Assembly: GCA_964035545.1 (NCBI GenBank)
Contig: OZ037769.1
Coordinates: forward strand, 3,453,929 to 3,517,928
Direction: 5' to 3'
Source of the DNA: Bugula neritina
Lineage: Eukaryota > Animalia > Bryozoa
DNA: 64,000 nt
In this document: positions 53,801 to 64,000 of the stretch, piece after piece
How positions within the stretch are numbered: position 1 is the stretch's first letter
Layout of the letters: every line of letters starts with the position of its first letter
The notes under the pieces: generated by a model
Seen by the model: the letters and a program-made list of their open reading frames with translations, nothing else
The model's database searches: none
Told to the model about the DNA's origin: nothing
Made by a program: the position numbers and the translations under genes

Positions 53801-56663
53801 TTCACTGAAACAGAATATATTATAGTTTAATATAATGTTGTCCAATAACAACAACTGATATCTCTTTTCCAGTGCCATATGCTGATTCACAGGGTGTGAG
53901 GTGATCTGATGCAAAGTATAGGTGATAGTCAGTTTTACATGCCTGCAATTACCAGGTAACAATGCAAGACTGTCAGCTGCCGCACACTACTAAATGTAGC
54001 AAAGGTTTGCTTGCTGCAACTGTACTGTACAACATCTGCCTCACCGCCATTGCACTAGCATGCAGTTTGTACGTCTGGCAGCTACACGCAGACGTAGCTA
54101 AACTCTCTGACGTTCTACACAAAGAATCAGTTTCGGACAAAATGAAAGAAAGAACTTCCAGCGAGGTAAGCAGTATGAGCCAACTAATACAGAGAAGTAT
54201 TTCAACAAACTGGCTTCCTCTTACAAAATATGCCAAGAAAAATAAATTAACATTTTCACAGAAATAGGAAATATATGTAAAAAAATCAAAAATGATGGAA
54301 AATTATGAGATGACAACTTCTAAAATGTTAATAAAAATTAAAGTTAATAAAGCATGGCGTGACATAGAGGCTAAACTGAAGGCACAAGACATGTTTTATT
54401 AATAGAAAATAATTTGCACAAATGAAAAAGTAAGTACACTACATTGAAGCAAATCCCACAAGCAACAATATCATTTCATCACTCCAGTAACCAGTCTAGT
54501 AATCAGCTTTTGTCAATAATATTGATCTGATGCAATGACAAAGGTCACATAGACAGCCATGCATGCCACTAGTGTTACCAGACTACACTAAGAGAGGCAG
54601 AATGCTACTAGAGAATGTTATAGTTACTAATTTGTTACGTGTCATCAGCAATGTTAAACACGATGTGGGTTTATAGCCTAGAAGTGTAGAGAAGAGGCAA
54701 GTAGACGAGGTGCCATCTTGGGTAGTTGGGCCACCAGGCATACCGGGGAGAGACGGACGAGATGGAATACCAGGACCTCCAGTAAGCATGTTACTGATAT
54801 TACAGTGAGTTCAGTGTAACAAAGTCCACAGAGATTTCTGTAAATTTCACTGGCTGAAAATGTGCTAATTAGATGCGCTGTGCACATTTTGAAAAGCAAT
54901 GAATAAAATATAACTTTCAAGAATAATAATGCCTGAATTGTTAGCTCAAACCCACAACTGCTGTGTTTCAGGGTCCTCCAGGACCTAGTGGTAAAGACGC
55001 AGTCAGCTACCCAGCTATTGATCAGCACATAACCTTCGCTGTCGCTGGAATGGTCACTCAAGGTAGACACTGTATATTGCTACATTTACACCAACAAGAT
55101 TATATGTTTTATAAGGGAAAACCTGGCACTATTATTCTTTCAAATGTTGAGCCATGACAAGCTGTTAATATGAATACTGAATTAAATAAAGAATAACAAT
55201 GTGGTGTGATACAAAAGTAAATTGTATGTAGAGATAGAAATCAAGATGGTGACCTAAATGTACATGCTGCCAACTAATGCAATGTGACAGATGTAGTAGT
55301 CAGCACTAATCACTATACAGCTAGTATGTTTATCTTCACAGAGCGAGAGAACCTCAGAAAGATAGCCAGAACTATTCCAGGAGTGTCAGGAGCCACGTAC
55401 ATAAGGTGGGGACGCGACGAATGCCCTCCCTCCGCAGACCTCATATACAAAGGCAGGGGCGCAGGCTCGTGGTACTTGAGTGGAGGCGGATCCAACGTGC
55501 AGTGTTTCCCTGAGGACCCAGCCTACCTGAACACCACTGGAAGAGCTACAGAGTCAAGGGTTCACGGGCTAGAGTATGAAGTGTGGGGCGGACAATATTT
55601 CGACAGTTTCAAACACATGCGAGAAAAGAACGTGCCCTGTGTAGTGTGTCAGACGCAGTACAGGTCGAGTGTCCTGATGACCCCAGCTAAGACCGAGTGT
55701 GAGGACCAAAGCTGGACACTGGAGTACAATGGCTACTTGATGGCGGGCGGCCCCGCCCACCAGCGAATGACCTTCATCTGCGTGGATAAGGACCCTGGTT
55801 CAGTGCCCGGCATGGATGACAACAAGAATGGGGAGTTACTCTACCACACAGGAGTATACTGCAAGGGGTTCGGCCAATGCCCCCCATACAGAGATGGGGC
55901 GGAACTAGCATGTGTAGTCTGCAGTAAATAATACTTTTTTAAACTATCGGAAAATCGTTTTAAATTATGAATATACAAAAATTAACGAAGGCAAATTTCA
56001 TATCATTGGTTGGTTGGCTTATACAAATGCAATAAATGCCCTAAGTCAATATTATCCAACTAATAAATGTGTCACATAACAAATTGAGTAGAGTGAGAGT
56101 GATAACCATAATTGCCACTTTTCAGTTACTAATTATGTACAGCAAGAAACAGAGTGATGAGTTTGACCCATAATGGCACACTGACCGTTGCGTCCTGCCC
56201 GGCAAAGTGACCAAGTAGAATGCTGCCTCCCGGGTGCTTCTTAGACCAGGTGGTGACATCATAGACGTAATCATCTACCACTAGCCACCTGCTAGACTTT
56301 TCCTTATGTTCAGCTATCTCCTCCCAGCTGTAGAACAGGGCATGCAATTTGTCAGTCAAATAACCGAGCATGAAAAAAATTTGCTTTTTTTTTTTTAGTA
56401 CAGAATAATATTATAATATCCTACAAAATGCAATTATAATATTATTGGTAATTATAACATATAGTATAGTAATTATGATATTAGTAACTATAATTACACA
56501 TTATAATGCACAAGATTGAGCAACTAAATTGAAAAGCAAAATCCTTTTTGATGGAAGCCATTAATATGCATGCAAAACAGTTATAGAGGTCAAGTAACTG
56601 CAGGTAAATTAGGAGTACTGCCCACCTGTACGCAGGTAAAGATGACACGCCATTGCTACTCAT
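41841..56663 (-). CDS. Front-end fatty-acyl desaturase (FADS1/2-like, cytochrome b5 fusion), 12 coding exons
   Basis: Exons 56663-56626, 56327-56186 (HPGG), 51907-51755, 51503-51357, 50701-50540 (HDAGH; HYQHH), 49707-49578, ~49093-49017, 48581-48481, 43309-43207, 42862-42783 (QVEH|H), 42264-42139 ([10 protein letters not shown]) and 41901-41841. The frame is intact. Regiospecificity (delta5/6/8) cannot be read from the sequence. Confidence 0.95.
43312..43520. repeat. 20-bp minisatellite (gtgacagtatacagtgacac) abutting a desaturase acceptor
   Basis: About 10 copies. The last unit contains the acceptor ctgtag on the minus strand. Confidence 0.9.
43708..48391 (-). mobile_element. Full-length Ty3/Gypsy LTR retrotransposon (Mag/K02A2.6-like), intronic
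   Basis: LTRs 43708-43992 and 48105-48391 (TG..CA); 5-bp TSD CATAT (43703-43707, 48392-48396); PBS TGGTGTCAGGAGTGGGAT (48102-48085), complementary to a tRNA-Leu 3' end; PPT GGGAGGAG (44000-43993). Confidence 0.98.
44008..48069 (-). CDS. Single-ORF Gag-Pol polyprotein, 1353 aa
   Basis: Two Cys/His knuckles, protease WDTGA, RT ([13 protein letters not shown]), RNase H (TDAS), integrase HHCC + D,D35E (HLDF, TDNG, GEAER), in Gypsy domain order. Confidence 0.98.
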   Translation of the reverse strand: MEEQLAGLIAAMQAQQKLRMEQFNTMLGHLAKTSNTQPVATTVSVTIPRFEIYDREKESWAQYLQRLKQHFTVYQVTDATQQRACLLSWVGSETYELLTKLFGQEDITSKSLNELTAKLSEHFVEKKHVQAARYEFYNCKMKPKQSYSDWAADLRGIARNCNFICKKTGCGEAYVDEQIRDVIIKETPHADVRRLCLLETDPSLDDVLKKANTFITTAETDKVLKGELAEVTTHQMSASYKDRRKPTKHYDSSDNPDSGKITKLKSCPQCFTQHDRKQCPHRNKKCNMCQRIGHISSVCQSKPTNASNSSNVIDETTSTIYQVIEKANSMYERKGKQIWLNALVNGKQAKFQWDTGATCSMVGLVGYKQLGSPPCEPTDTTLHAYGNSSLKVKGQCFVDVQLAQTVKEKLRLLVVDSNEGSNLFGLDWSDAFGLSQQGLSAIVQTIHTNSKKPTNDYLPTSDITTIKKRYSDVFKPGIGRCKSLKVSIHTKPDAQPAFSKPRNIPYSTRQATRAELDRLVSEGVLEQINFSDWAAPIVVVSKPSGKVRVCGDFKQLNQRISIDQHPLPKLDDLMEKLRGGVYFSKLDLADAYLQLELDDEAKKLCVINTPFGLYRYNRMCFGIASSPAQFQRCMDSLTVELPGVAAYLDDLIITGSTVDEHWANLNRLLAKLQEHGFRLRLDKCEFFKTSVEYLGHVIDKEGKRPSESSIAALKQLPIPQDIQQLKAFLGKITYYGRFISNLADKAAPLYNLLKDGVSFAWTNGCQQAFTELKEDVINATNLSHYDESQTLVLATDASSYGVGAVLSQQDADGNETPIAYSSKTLTETQKKYSQIEREALSIIYGLTKFRQYLYGRKFILITDHEPLVSIFSPQKNIPSTTAQRLQRWALTLMAFQYDIAYKKTSKHGNADALSRLPLGIDEQFDAAEHQEDMEVSHTIREEIHTFPLDSMQIKRATQNDDTLQKVVTWIHEGWPNNKPAEPELQLLWAQRESLVLHDNIVLLQRDTNSRVVVPKALQTKVLETLHSSHWGVFKVKQLARRYVWWSSLNADIEKLTKACDVCKQLSAAPTQCFTGWPKTEHPWERIHLDFAGPFKDKMWLICIDAHSKFPYMGKMEIGQTSAKQTIQVLKDIFSLEGLPNTVVTDNGPQFTASDFEAFCKQHGISHITSPPHHPPSNGEAERFVQTFKKSVEKNCVGGVPLTDSVRLTLATYRSLPHPALEWKTPAEVLHGRQPRCLLSLINPSNNHNYQTKSNNNTSSQFAVNSLIYARNYSSGPKWVPGKIIRRVGNTIFLVDTDRGIWKRHCNQLQIRLATESMPNDESIDAEPTSEHSQYPTTRRYPQRIRKAPERYEP
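49737..50349. repeat. 20-bp minisatellite with a 240-bp higher-order period
   Basis: Unit variants repeat as ABA-ACD-CAA-CDC x2.5. Confidence 0.95.
51146..51337. repeat. 24-bp minisatellite (gagtgggacacaggctagagtgtt) next to a desaturase donor
   Basis: 8 copies starting ~20 nt into the intron. Confidence 0.95.
52202..53622 (+). CDS. Short-chain collagen C4 (spongin-type NC1 domain) protein, paralogue A, type II membrane anchor
   Basis: Exons 52202-52378 (N-terminal hydrophobic helix), 52596-52736 (KVKR; [15 protein letters not shown]), 52863-52953 (GPQGPPG) and 53036-53622 ([40 protein letters not shown]). Confidence 0.9.
52374..52516 (+). repeat. 19-bp repeat duplicating the exon-1 donor of paralogue A (7 x CAG|GTRAGT)
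   Basis: Donor GT at 52379, 52398, 52417, 52436, 52455, 52493 and 52511. Confidence 0.9.
53962..55931 (+). CDS. Short-chain collagen C4 (spongin-type NC1 domain) protein, paralogue B
   Basis: Exons 53962-54165, 54677-54781 (VEKR; [18 protein letters not shown]), 54972-55062 and 55342-55931 ([35 protein letters not shown]). The intron phases match paralogue A. Confidence 0.9.
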
Positions 56664-58169
56664 TTTGTTCCCTTCCCTTCCTCTACAAAACAGAGGAAGA
56701 TCTTCAAATTAACAAATTCAGTCTTTTGGAGTTCAAAATAACACGCATGTTTTGTGTAGCAGGAAAACAACTTCAGTTCATGCAAAATAAACACATCTTT
56801 TACTTTGGGCACCATAACATAATACTTTCCTAGCAGCTTTAGTAAAAATGTGCTTGAGCATTTGCTAACTTAATGGAAAATATATTTCGATACGAATCAT
56901 TGAAACATTTCACTTTACTAATGAACACAGAGGTTTGTGCAAGTCTTGTGAAATAGAGTGTTCTCAGTGTTCAACTTATTTCTGGTTTTCCAGGACATTG
57001 AGCAAGGGGACATAACCCCAAGATAGAAAAGCAATGCATGGCAATGCACGGAGTGCAGGTGAAGTCATGTGGAAACTTTGTACGTGACTGCCTGCACAAA
57101 CCAGTTGCAGTACCAAGGTGTAATGTTTGACCCTTAGATAAGAATTGATAATTGTGATTGTATTCCAGCACTGTTTGTCTACTATGACATGCAGTTTCAA
57201 TATTGTAAGAGTTCATAACAAGCGAAAGTTAATTATATTTTGTTATATTCTTATAACAAAAAACTTAACTCAAACTGCTAAAATATTTCCGGAGATGTGC
57301 AGTGCACTCCACAACACATATGCAGCAGGATGTAGAAATTAGGCTACAGCTTTGTTATATATAATGGTACACAGTGCACTGATTGAGCAGTTATTATACA
57401 GTTCATAGTTCACTAGCTGTGGTAATTTGTTTTCGTTGTTTTCAAACATAAAAAATAGATGGCTGGTTCACACAATAAATGTGTATACAAAAAACGTGAT
57501 GAATAGCAACCCCAACCACAGCATCAAACTTGTCTCACGTTACAAGTCTATAGGAGCAACAAAGGTCAATAATAAGGACTAAAAATTAAAGACATTTCAA
57601 CAGGGCCCAACAAGAGTCACTAATAAGTGGTGTTTATTTCTGTAACTGTGAGTAGACCTGGGATAGGGTAGCTGGAAATCAAGAGGTAATGGATGCTTGC
57701 AGCTAGTTATCAAGTTCTATAATAAAAAAGCATAATGAAAATATGGACATTAAATTTAATAGATAAAACTCAAATTCCTTTGAAAATGAATGAAATTGCC
57801 ATGTTTCTTTTGAATGAAACAAATTTTATCATCAATGACCATGGCAAACCTAAGGCTTCCAATATTCTGCTATTCAACATGCATGACCAGAAATGAAAAC
57901 AACATTAACAAATTGAAATAACAATGCGAATAAAGATGACTGATAGGTTATTTTTATTCCATTAGGCCTACAGGTATAACAATCACAACCATTCCCAGTT
58001 GTACATCAACTTTAAAATGATTTATTCTAAAAGCTAATCACATTCAAATGGGCATTGGCCTTGGGCAGATTGGAATGCTATCAATAAGTATAACACTGGC
58101 ACTCATATTGAATAGTCCGTGATTAGCCCATTTCTGGTGTCCATTAGTCTGAAACTTTCATGCAGCAAG

Positions 58170-59030
58170 CAGTAATGAGTACAACTCAAATTCAATGCCA
58201 TGCAATCACTATCAAAATGAGCATCGGTATGAATATGACTATGAATATCACAGTATGACTACGAGTATGAGTATGACTATCAGTATTACTATCACATTTT
58301 TATTGTGAATAAAACTGACATTGAATAACTCAATAATTCAAAATAAATAACATTAATTGAGTGACACTGACAATATGAATATTTAATTCAAAATAATAAA
58401 TAGCATCAGTAAGTCGAAGTGTAACTAAAAATTATTATCGGTATCAAGATGAATATCAATATCAAAATGCATAAAATTAAAACTCTAAGGGCTAAGAGTA
58501 AGAGTAAGGAGTAAAGACAAACTCTAAAGCTAAGGGACAGGGTAAAATCACCAACTCCAAGACTAAGAGTAATACTAATAGTACTACTATAATACTAATA
58601 GTAATAGTAAATACTCGAATAACTATAAGTGAAATAGTAATACTATTACTAATACTAATAGTAATAGTGATAGTAATAGTAGTACTAATTGAAATTGTAG
58701 AACTTAAACTCCAAGTACAACTACAAGTACTGAAGTACATGATGATGAGACTAACTCTAAGAGTGACTATTAGTATTAGTATTACTATCAGTATCAGTAA
58801 AACTACAAGTACAAGACTACAAATACAAGTAAAACTAAAAGTAAGAGCGAAAATACAACTATGAACTAAAATTAAATGACTAAACAGTAAATGAGTAATC
58901 CGGCTAGTAACCAGTAACACTAGTGACTATCACTAAAGACTATCACTAACGACTATCACTAACGACTAAGTGACTGAGTAACTGCAACTGTAACTGTAAG
59001 TGTAATCAGTAATGGCACTGACAGCAGTAA
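58170..59030. repeat. Degenerate hexamer-phase low-complexity repeat (AGTAAT/AATACT/ACTATC)
   Basis: Directly visible. A similar tract lies at 59780-60420. Confidence 0.7.
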
Positions 59031-61962
59031 AAATTGAAACTCATGAGTCACACGCAAAACATTTTTCCTGCATTTCTCAGTCAACGTTTAAAAAACTGAC
59101 TTATAGGCATTATTACCTCAAATCCGTATGGAAAGAAAGTTAACCAATCGAAGGTTTTTAAAAAACCGGGTGGTTGGTTGGTGATGGTGTGACCAGACAA
59201 CAAACAGGATCGTCAGATTTCCCTGGGGTCGTCTGATAATTGCTATATAGTTACATAGTAAGTATAGAAAGAGAGTACAAATTTAACAGACATCAATGCA
59301 CAGACCCAGACTATACTTATAGACTGGGATTCATAAATATTACTCGAATCTTTAGTTACTATTTAAATGAAGATTTGAATTTTAGTTTATTGCAATTATT
59401 AAAGCATGATGTTGCTAACAAATAACATATTTTAAACTTTAAACAACATACTCATTATATAATTTTTATGATGAAAATGTTTAATGAAAAATAATTCAAG
59501 TTTTTCTAGCAGAAATGAAAAGTTGGTTCAACTTTCATTTTTGCGTAATAAGAGGAACTTGGGCTAATAGTTACGTAAGTCGTCAAAGACTGAGTTTTAG
59601 AACTTTACTATGAAGTGTAATTCGTAGATTCGTCTGTAAACCAAAGCAAAGGTAAAATATTAGAGTAATGGGCTTTGAAATCGCGAATCACTTATAAAAC
59701 TTTATTCAGTTTCTAACCGCAGTGGGCCGTGGACGGTTTCTCAAAAAATGTTCAGTACTACTACCAACTACAGTATCACAATTATGATAATCATAATGAT
59801 ATTTTAATTTTGAATTGAATTATCATAATAATAATTATTAATTATAATATTGATGATTTAATATTGTTATTATTAATATTATTTTTTTATAATAACTTTA
59901 TTTATAATTATATTGTTATTGTTATTAATACTATCAGTATCACTATCACTATGTGAATATCAATATCAAAATAAATATAATAGGCTATTACTATTAGTAT
60001 TAGTATTATTGATAGCTGAGGCTAAAAATTAAAATAAACTTTAAAGCATGGGAAAAGAACTTGCGCTACTGTTTTTATAGCTGCAACAAATTGAAATAGT
60101 AATAGAAATACTAATAGTAATACTAATACTAATACTAATAGTAATGCTCTAGGTTTAGAATACTGACAGTGTGAGTCTCGTGGCTTTTTTAGAGTAGGCA
60201 TCAATCAAAGACAAGTGTATGACATTGACTAGTCACTATGAAAATTTAATTTATATGAATGATTTTCTATGCACTAGACTGCTACTGCCTAATAATTGGC
60301 ACTATCATACAATACAAAAGTACAATACTATCAAATGCAGTTAAAACATGGCTATAAGTATAAGTATAATGTTAAAAAATTAATAATGCTATTACTATTA
60401 GTATTACTATTGCTATTACTCTATTTGTATTGGCTTTTACACCGCCATATGGTCAATTGTGAATTTGAATTTTAAAATTAATGCAACCATTAGAAAACAA
60501 TATAAAAACAAATTGAGTAATTATAAAACCTAATCTAATTTCAATTTTTTTTACAAAATTTATTTGTCTAGATTTAAAAAGTAAATGCATATGTCTCAGC
60601 TGTTTTAAGGTTTTTCCTTTGTTGCCATTATGAAAATTTTATAAATCTGGGTGTCCAACAATGGCATGATTCTATGTTATTTTAGTCAACTCAACTAAGA
60701 AGATGTCATAATGTAATTTGCTGAAATTTTATTAAATATCAGTTTATTATGACGGACATTTTATTTGGCGTTATCATTGTGATTGAATAAAAAGAAACTA
60801 AAAAGATTGGCAATTAGAAATGAAGAAAATATTACAAGTTTCAATTTAAAGAGACAAATCAATGTTAGGCAGCAATTTTTTAAGTTTGCCCTGCAGTTTA
60901 ATTTTAAAATCGGCTGCTCGAAATTTATTTAAGTTTCATATATAAAAGAATTTATTTGCCTAATTTTATAACATTTTTCAGCAAGGTATTATTAATGCAT
61001 TTTTGAATCTGCCATTTTTTTGTGAAGTCGTTTATATAGAGTGTAGGCTTTTACGGAAAACTAAATAAAAACAGCCCCCCCCACTTACCAAAAGTTAGCA
61101 TTGATTCCCAGGGTACACCATTCTGGTTTACAAGTCTATTTGCAAGAATTCTGGCGCTCACACAACTTAATATTATAAGCAACATCATCAGTCTATAATT
61201 ATAATGGTCTGTGTTGTGTTTCATTTATTGTAAAAGTAGTTGAGCTCCCTTGTCAATCCAATAAATTTAAGAAAAGCTCTTTTACGGAGGAGAGAGTGAA
61301 TTTTTTTATTTGCAGCGTGGGAAAGTGAAACTTTATACTTAGTCTCTAAACTTCATGCTGTATTTAGTAGGTTAAGTCTTCTACATCAGGAAGAGATTAA
61401 CCAAATAAACCAATGACAAAGACCCATTAATATTATGTGAATCAAGTGAACTCACTCTGTTCATCAGGTACTTATAGTTACATCATATTTTTGTAATTAG
61501 ATCGTTTTATTAAAGTTGGATTCATTTAGCCAATAGCCAGCTTCAATATGATTTAACAGTGATGGGCACAGCAAGCCAAAATATGATGTGCTACAATTTG
61601 GGGTGTTATTGCAAATATTTGGAACTTTCAGGGTTGTATTGATACGTTTTCATTAAATCTAATTATCTTCAACAACCATGTTTATTTAGTTAATATGTAA
61701 ATGATTAGCTAAATAATTTTTTCTTCAAAAGCCCATGTTATGTAGCTGGTTGCTAATCTAATTGGAATGAAAACTTTTCTCAAGATGTTATTGGTTGTTA
61801 TTGTGATATTAAACCAATAAACCATTTTCTACTCTTCACTGTCAGTTTATTGTAATGAACTTTGGATTGTTAAAGACTAATTGCAAATAACCTTTGATTT
61901 TATAGGAAAAAGAAGTCCCAACAATTGGTTTAACACACTGAATTCTAAATTGATTACCTATA

Positions 61963-62217
61963 ATGAGTAGCAGTAGTCTCAAGAAATTCTGGTACGGCGG
62001 TGGCCGGTTTTTGTTGATAACAATTCCTTCATTAGCTCTACTGCATTATGGCTGGTTCAAACTGCAGTTTATGGAGGAGATTATTCCCGAAAGAGAGCGT
62101 AAAGATGTGATAAGAGCTGGAGCTATACTGATTGACAAAGATCAGAATATTTCGCTGATAAAGCCAGGGGAAATGCTCATATCTCATGAATCTGACGATC
62201 GAAAAGCTGGAAAGTAA
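61963..62217 (+). CDS. 84-aa single-helix microprotein resembling the MKKS-uORF (uMKKS1)-type mitochondrial microprotein
   Basis: Single-exon ORF with raised GC, preceded by an acceptor (ttttatag|, 61905). Motif SLKKFW..LLITIPSLALLHYGWFKLQ. AATAAA near 62504. Confidence 0.7.
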   Translation: MSSSSLKKFWYGGGRFLLITIPSLALLHYGWFKLQFMEEIIPERERKDVIRAGAILIDKDQNISLIKPGEMLISHESDDRKAGK

Positions 62218-62892
62218 ACAGAAAGCCCGTTCATTGTACATTATTATTATTATATAAATTAATGGCAGGTGCTGATGTTTTAAGCCTGTTGTGCTATTCC
62301 AGAACTTTATCATAATGATATATTATTGTGTAAAGATGGCTTCTGTTGATGATAATATTGATCAAGGTAGAAGTTGTCTATCCAATTTCTCTACTGCTAA
62401 GGAAAACATGTGTATAATGCTGCATATATTATTGGTGTGGTCCTAACCGTTTGCTTTATCAGCCTTATACGTCTAATATGTATAACCTTTAACTTTTAGT
62501 ATAAATAAATTAAGAATAATTGATATAAAATTATTTTCAATTTTATTTGTTTGCATTTTATTTCATTTTCTAACTATAGACCAGTCTTGCAAATACTGTT
62601 CTCTATTGAGAAAATTGAATAACTTGGGAGTTGGGTTATCTCAATTTCTCTACTACAACAACTAGTAACTGTATTAGGTATCATAAGAATATTATACATG
62701 AATACTTGTCAGCTGGTAGTCATAATAATTATATGCTAGGCCCTCTGGGATTGCTAGAGTTCATTTTGTTCAATAAGCTAAATAGATTTCTATTATTCTA
62801 GTTCAGATTTCAATTGATCGTTATGTCAACAAGTAGACAATAGTTGCCACTAGTAGAAAATAATAACCTGCTAGTACTAATACAGAGCGTTT

Positions 62893-62970
62893 GTCACGTG
62901 ATAATCATTGCTGCTTCGATAATTGTCAACACCTATCATAGTTTCGTCACTGCTTTTCTACAGGTAAGTT
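62893..62970 (+). promoter_or_regulatory. E-box GTCACGTGA and a 5'UTR exon donor CAG|GTAAGT (62964) of the next gene
   Basis: Motifs are visible. A matching acceptor tttgcag| lies near 63457. Confidence 0.45.
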
Positions 62971-63525
62971 TTATACTGTTGACATTGAATATATACTTTA
63001 CTAATGAATCTTGTACGTGCATCCTTATTCTATGTCACTATAAGCCCATGTCTTCTACATTCATTTACCAAGTACAACTTTCACCATAACTAGAACTGAG
63101 AATAATCAAGTCAAATACCAAATAGGTATACTGATTTATTTCCAATTTCCCTTCGCTAGACTATTGTTTGACCGCCAGGTTATTCAGCTAAAACTGTTTA
63201 CGATGCTTGAAAAATTGTTAACCTGAACAACCATTTGGCAGCTTGGATCATTTATTATTTTGAATATCTTATAATGTGTAATAATGGGCCATGTGCATTA
63301 GACACAACAATATGATGCTTAGATGTTCCAAAGCCACCAAAACTGTAAACTCAAGCTTCTTGCTTATTCCTTAGCAGTTTCCTATGCCATGACCTGTTTT
63401 GCAGCAAGTATTAACGCTTCACTGTGATATTGCATTGTTCATTTTTTCCTTTGCAGATTACCAGCCTGTGACTCTTAGGTATATAGAATGTGAAAGTTCC
63501 AAAAGCTCCAAGAACAACAAAGACC

Positions 63526-63795
63526 ATGTTTTCTGCTAAATACTCTTCATACGTATTTATCATATTTCTTACTGAATTTGTGAAACTTGCCGAGTGCGTT
63601 GAGAATGGTCATTGTACGATGGAGGGGGCATTATCAGTGGATACAGACTGGTACGGGTTTGAGCAAAAGTTTGTCTATGCGTCTCGTCAGATGGTGCAGT
63701 TTCGATATAACATAACGTACAGTCTTTATCACAACCTGGGTGATGAGCCTATAACTCTTATGCTGTACAGCATCAAAGTACACGATTCCTCAAGT
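63526..63795 (+). CDS. First coding exon of a signal-peptide protein, TMEM145/GPR180 (GOLD-7TM)-like; runs off the window
   Basis: ACCATG start, signal peptide, then EGALSVDTDWYGFEQKFVY..FRYNITY..LMLY, resembling the TMEM145 luminal domain. Donor GTGAGT at 63796. Confidence 0.5.
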
Positions 63796-64000
63796 GTGAG
63801 TATAGTTTATATATGATAAGCTTATTAGAAACTATTTTATTCCGTTTTAATATAATATTTTCTTAAATGTCTAGTTCTAGATTATCATGGCAGATGGCAG
63901 ATTATAGTTGTGGTTTCGGTTGTGATTATGGTTGAGTTTCTATTTTAAAATTACACGAGCATGATCCTTTTCATGTTGACATTTTTTTTAGAAACTCGGT

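Noticed and set aside
56328-56371. ORF-track start MLGYLTDK for the desaturase
   Set aside because: There is an acceptor ttctacag at 56328, and the upstream exon [13 protein letters not shown] joins in phase. The MLGY segment is most likely intronic.
58492-58920. 142-aa hydrophobic ORF (also the ORFs at 31309-31639, 29617-29850 and 60022-60204)
   Set aside because: These are translations of low-complexity repeats with no domain or splice support.

Overview
AT-rich, intron-dense eukaryotic (invertebrate animal) genomic DNA. It is not prokaryotic and has no CRISPR, rRNA or true tRNA gene. Spliced gene models built by hand, left to right: a divergent SLC15/POT transporter (-); SEH1 (-, GC-AG first intron); glycerol kinase (+), with an antisense NHL beta-propeller gene nested in intron 7 and a candidate stop-codon micro-exon switch for its C-terminal membrane tail; a GT31 beta-1,3-glycosyltransferase (-); a front-end fatty-acyl desaturase (-) carrying an intact young Ty3/Gypsy LTR element in one intron and two antisense short-chain-collagen-C4-domain paralogues in another; an 84-aa microprotein resembling the MKKS-uORF product; and the start of a TMEM145/GPR180-like gene. 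The most unusual window-wide signal is that many unrelated intronic minisatellites are anchored on splice sites and copy the donor or acceptor itself (up to ~50 decoy sites). Exon coordinates were read by eye and may be off by a few nt. Family calls come from recalled motifs, not database searches.
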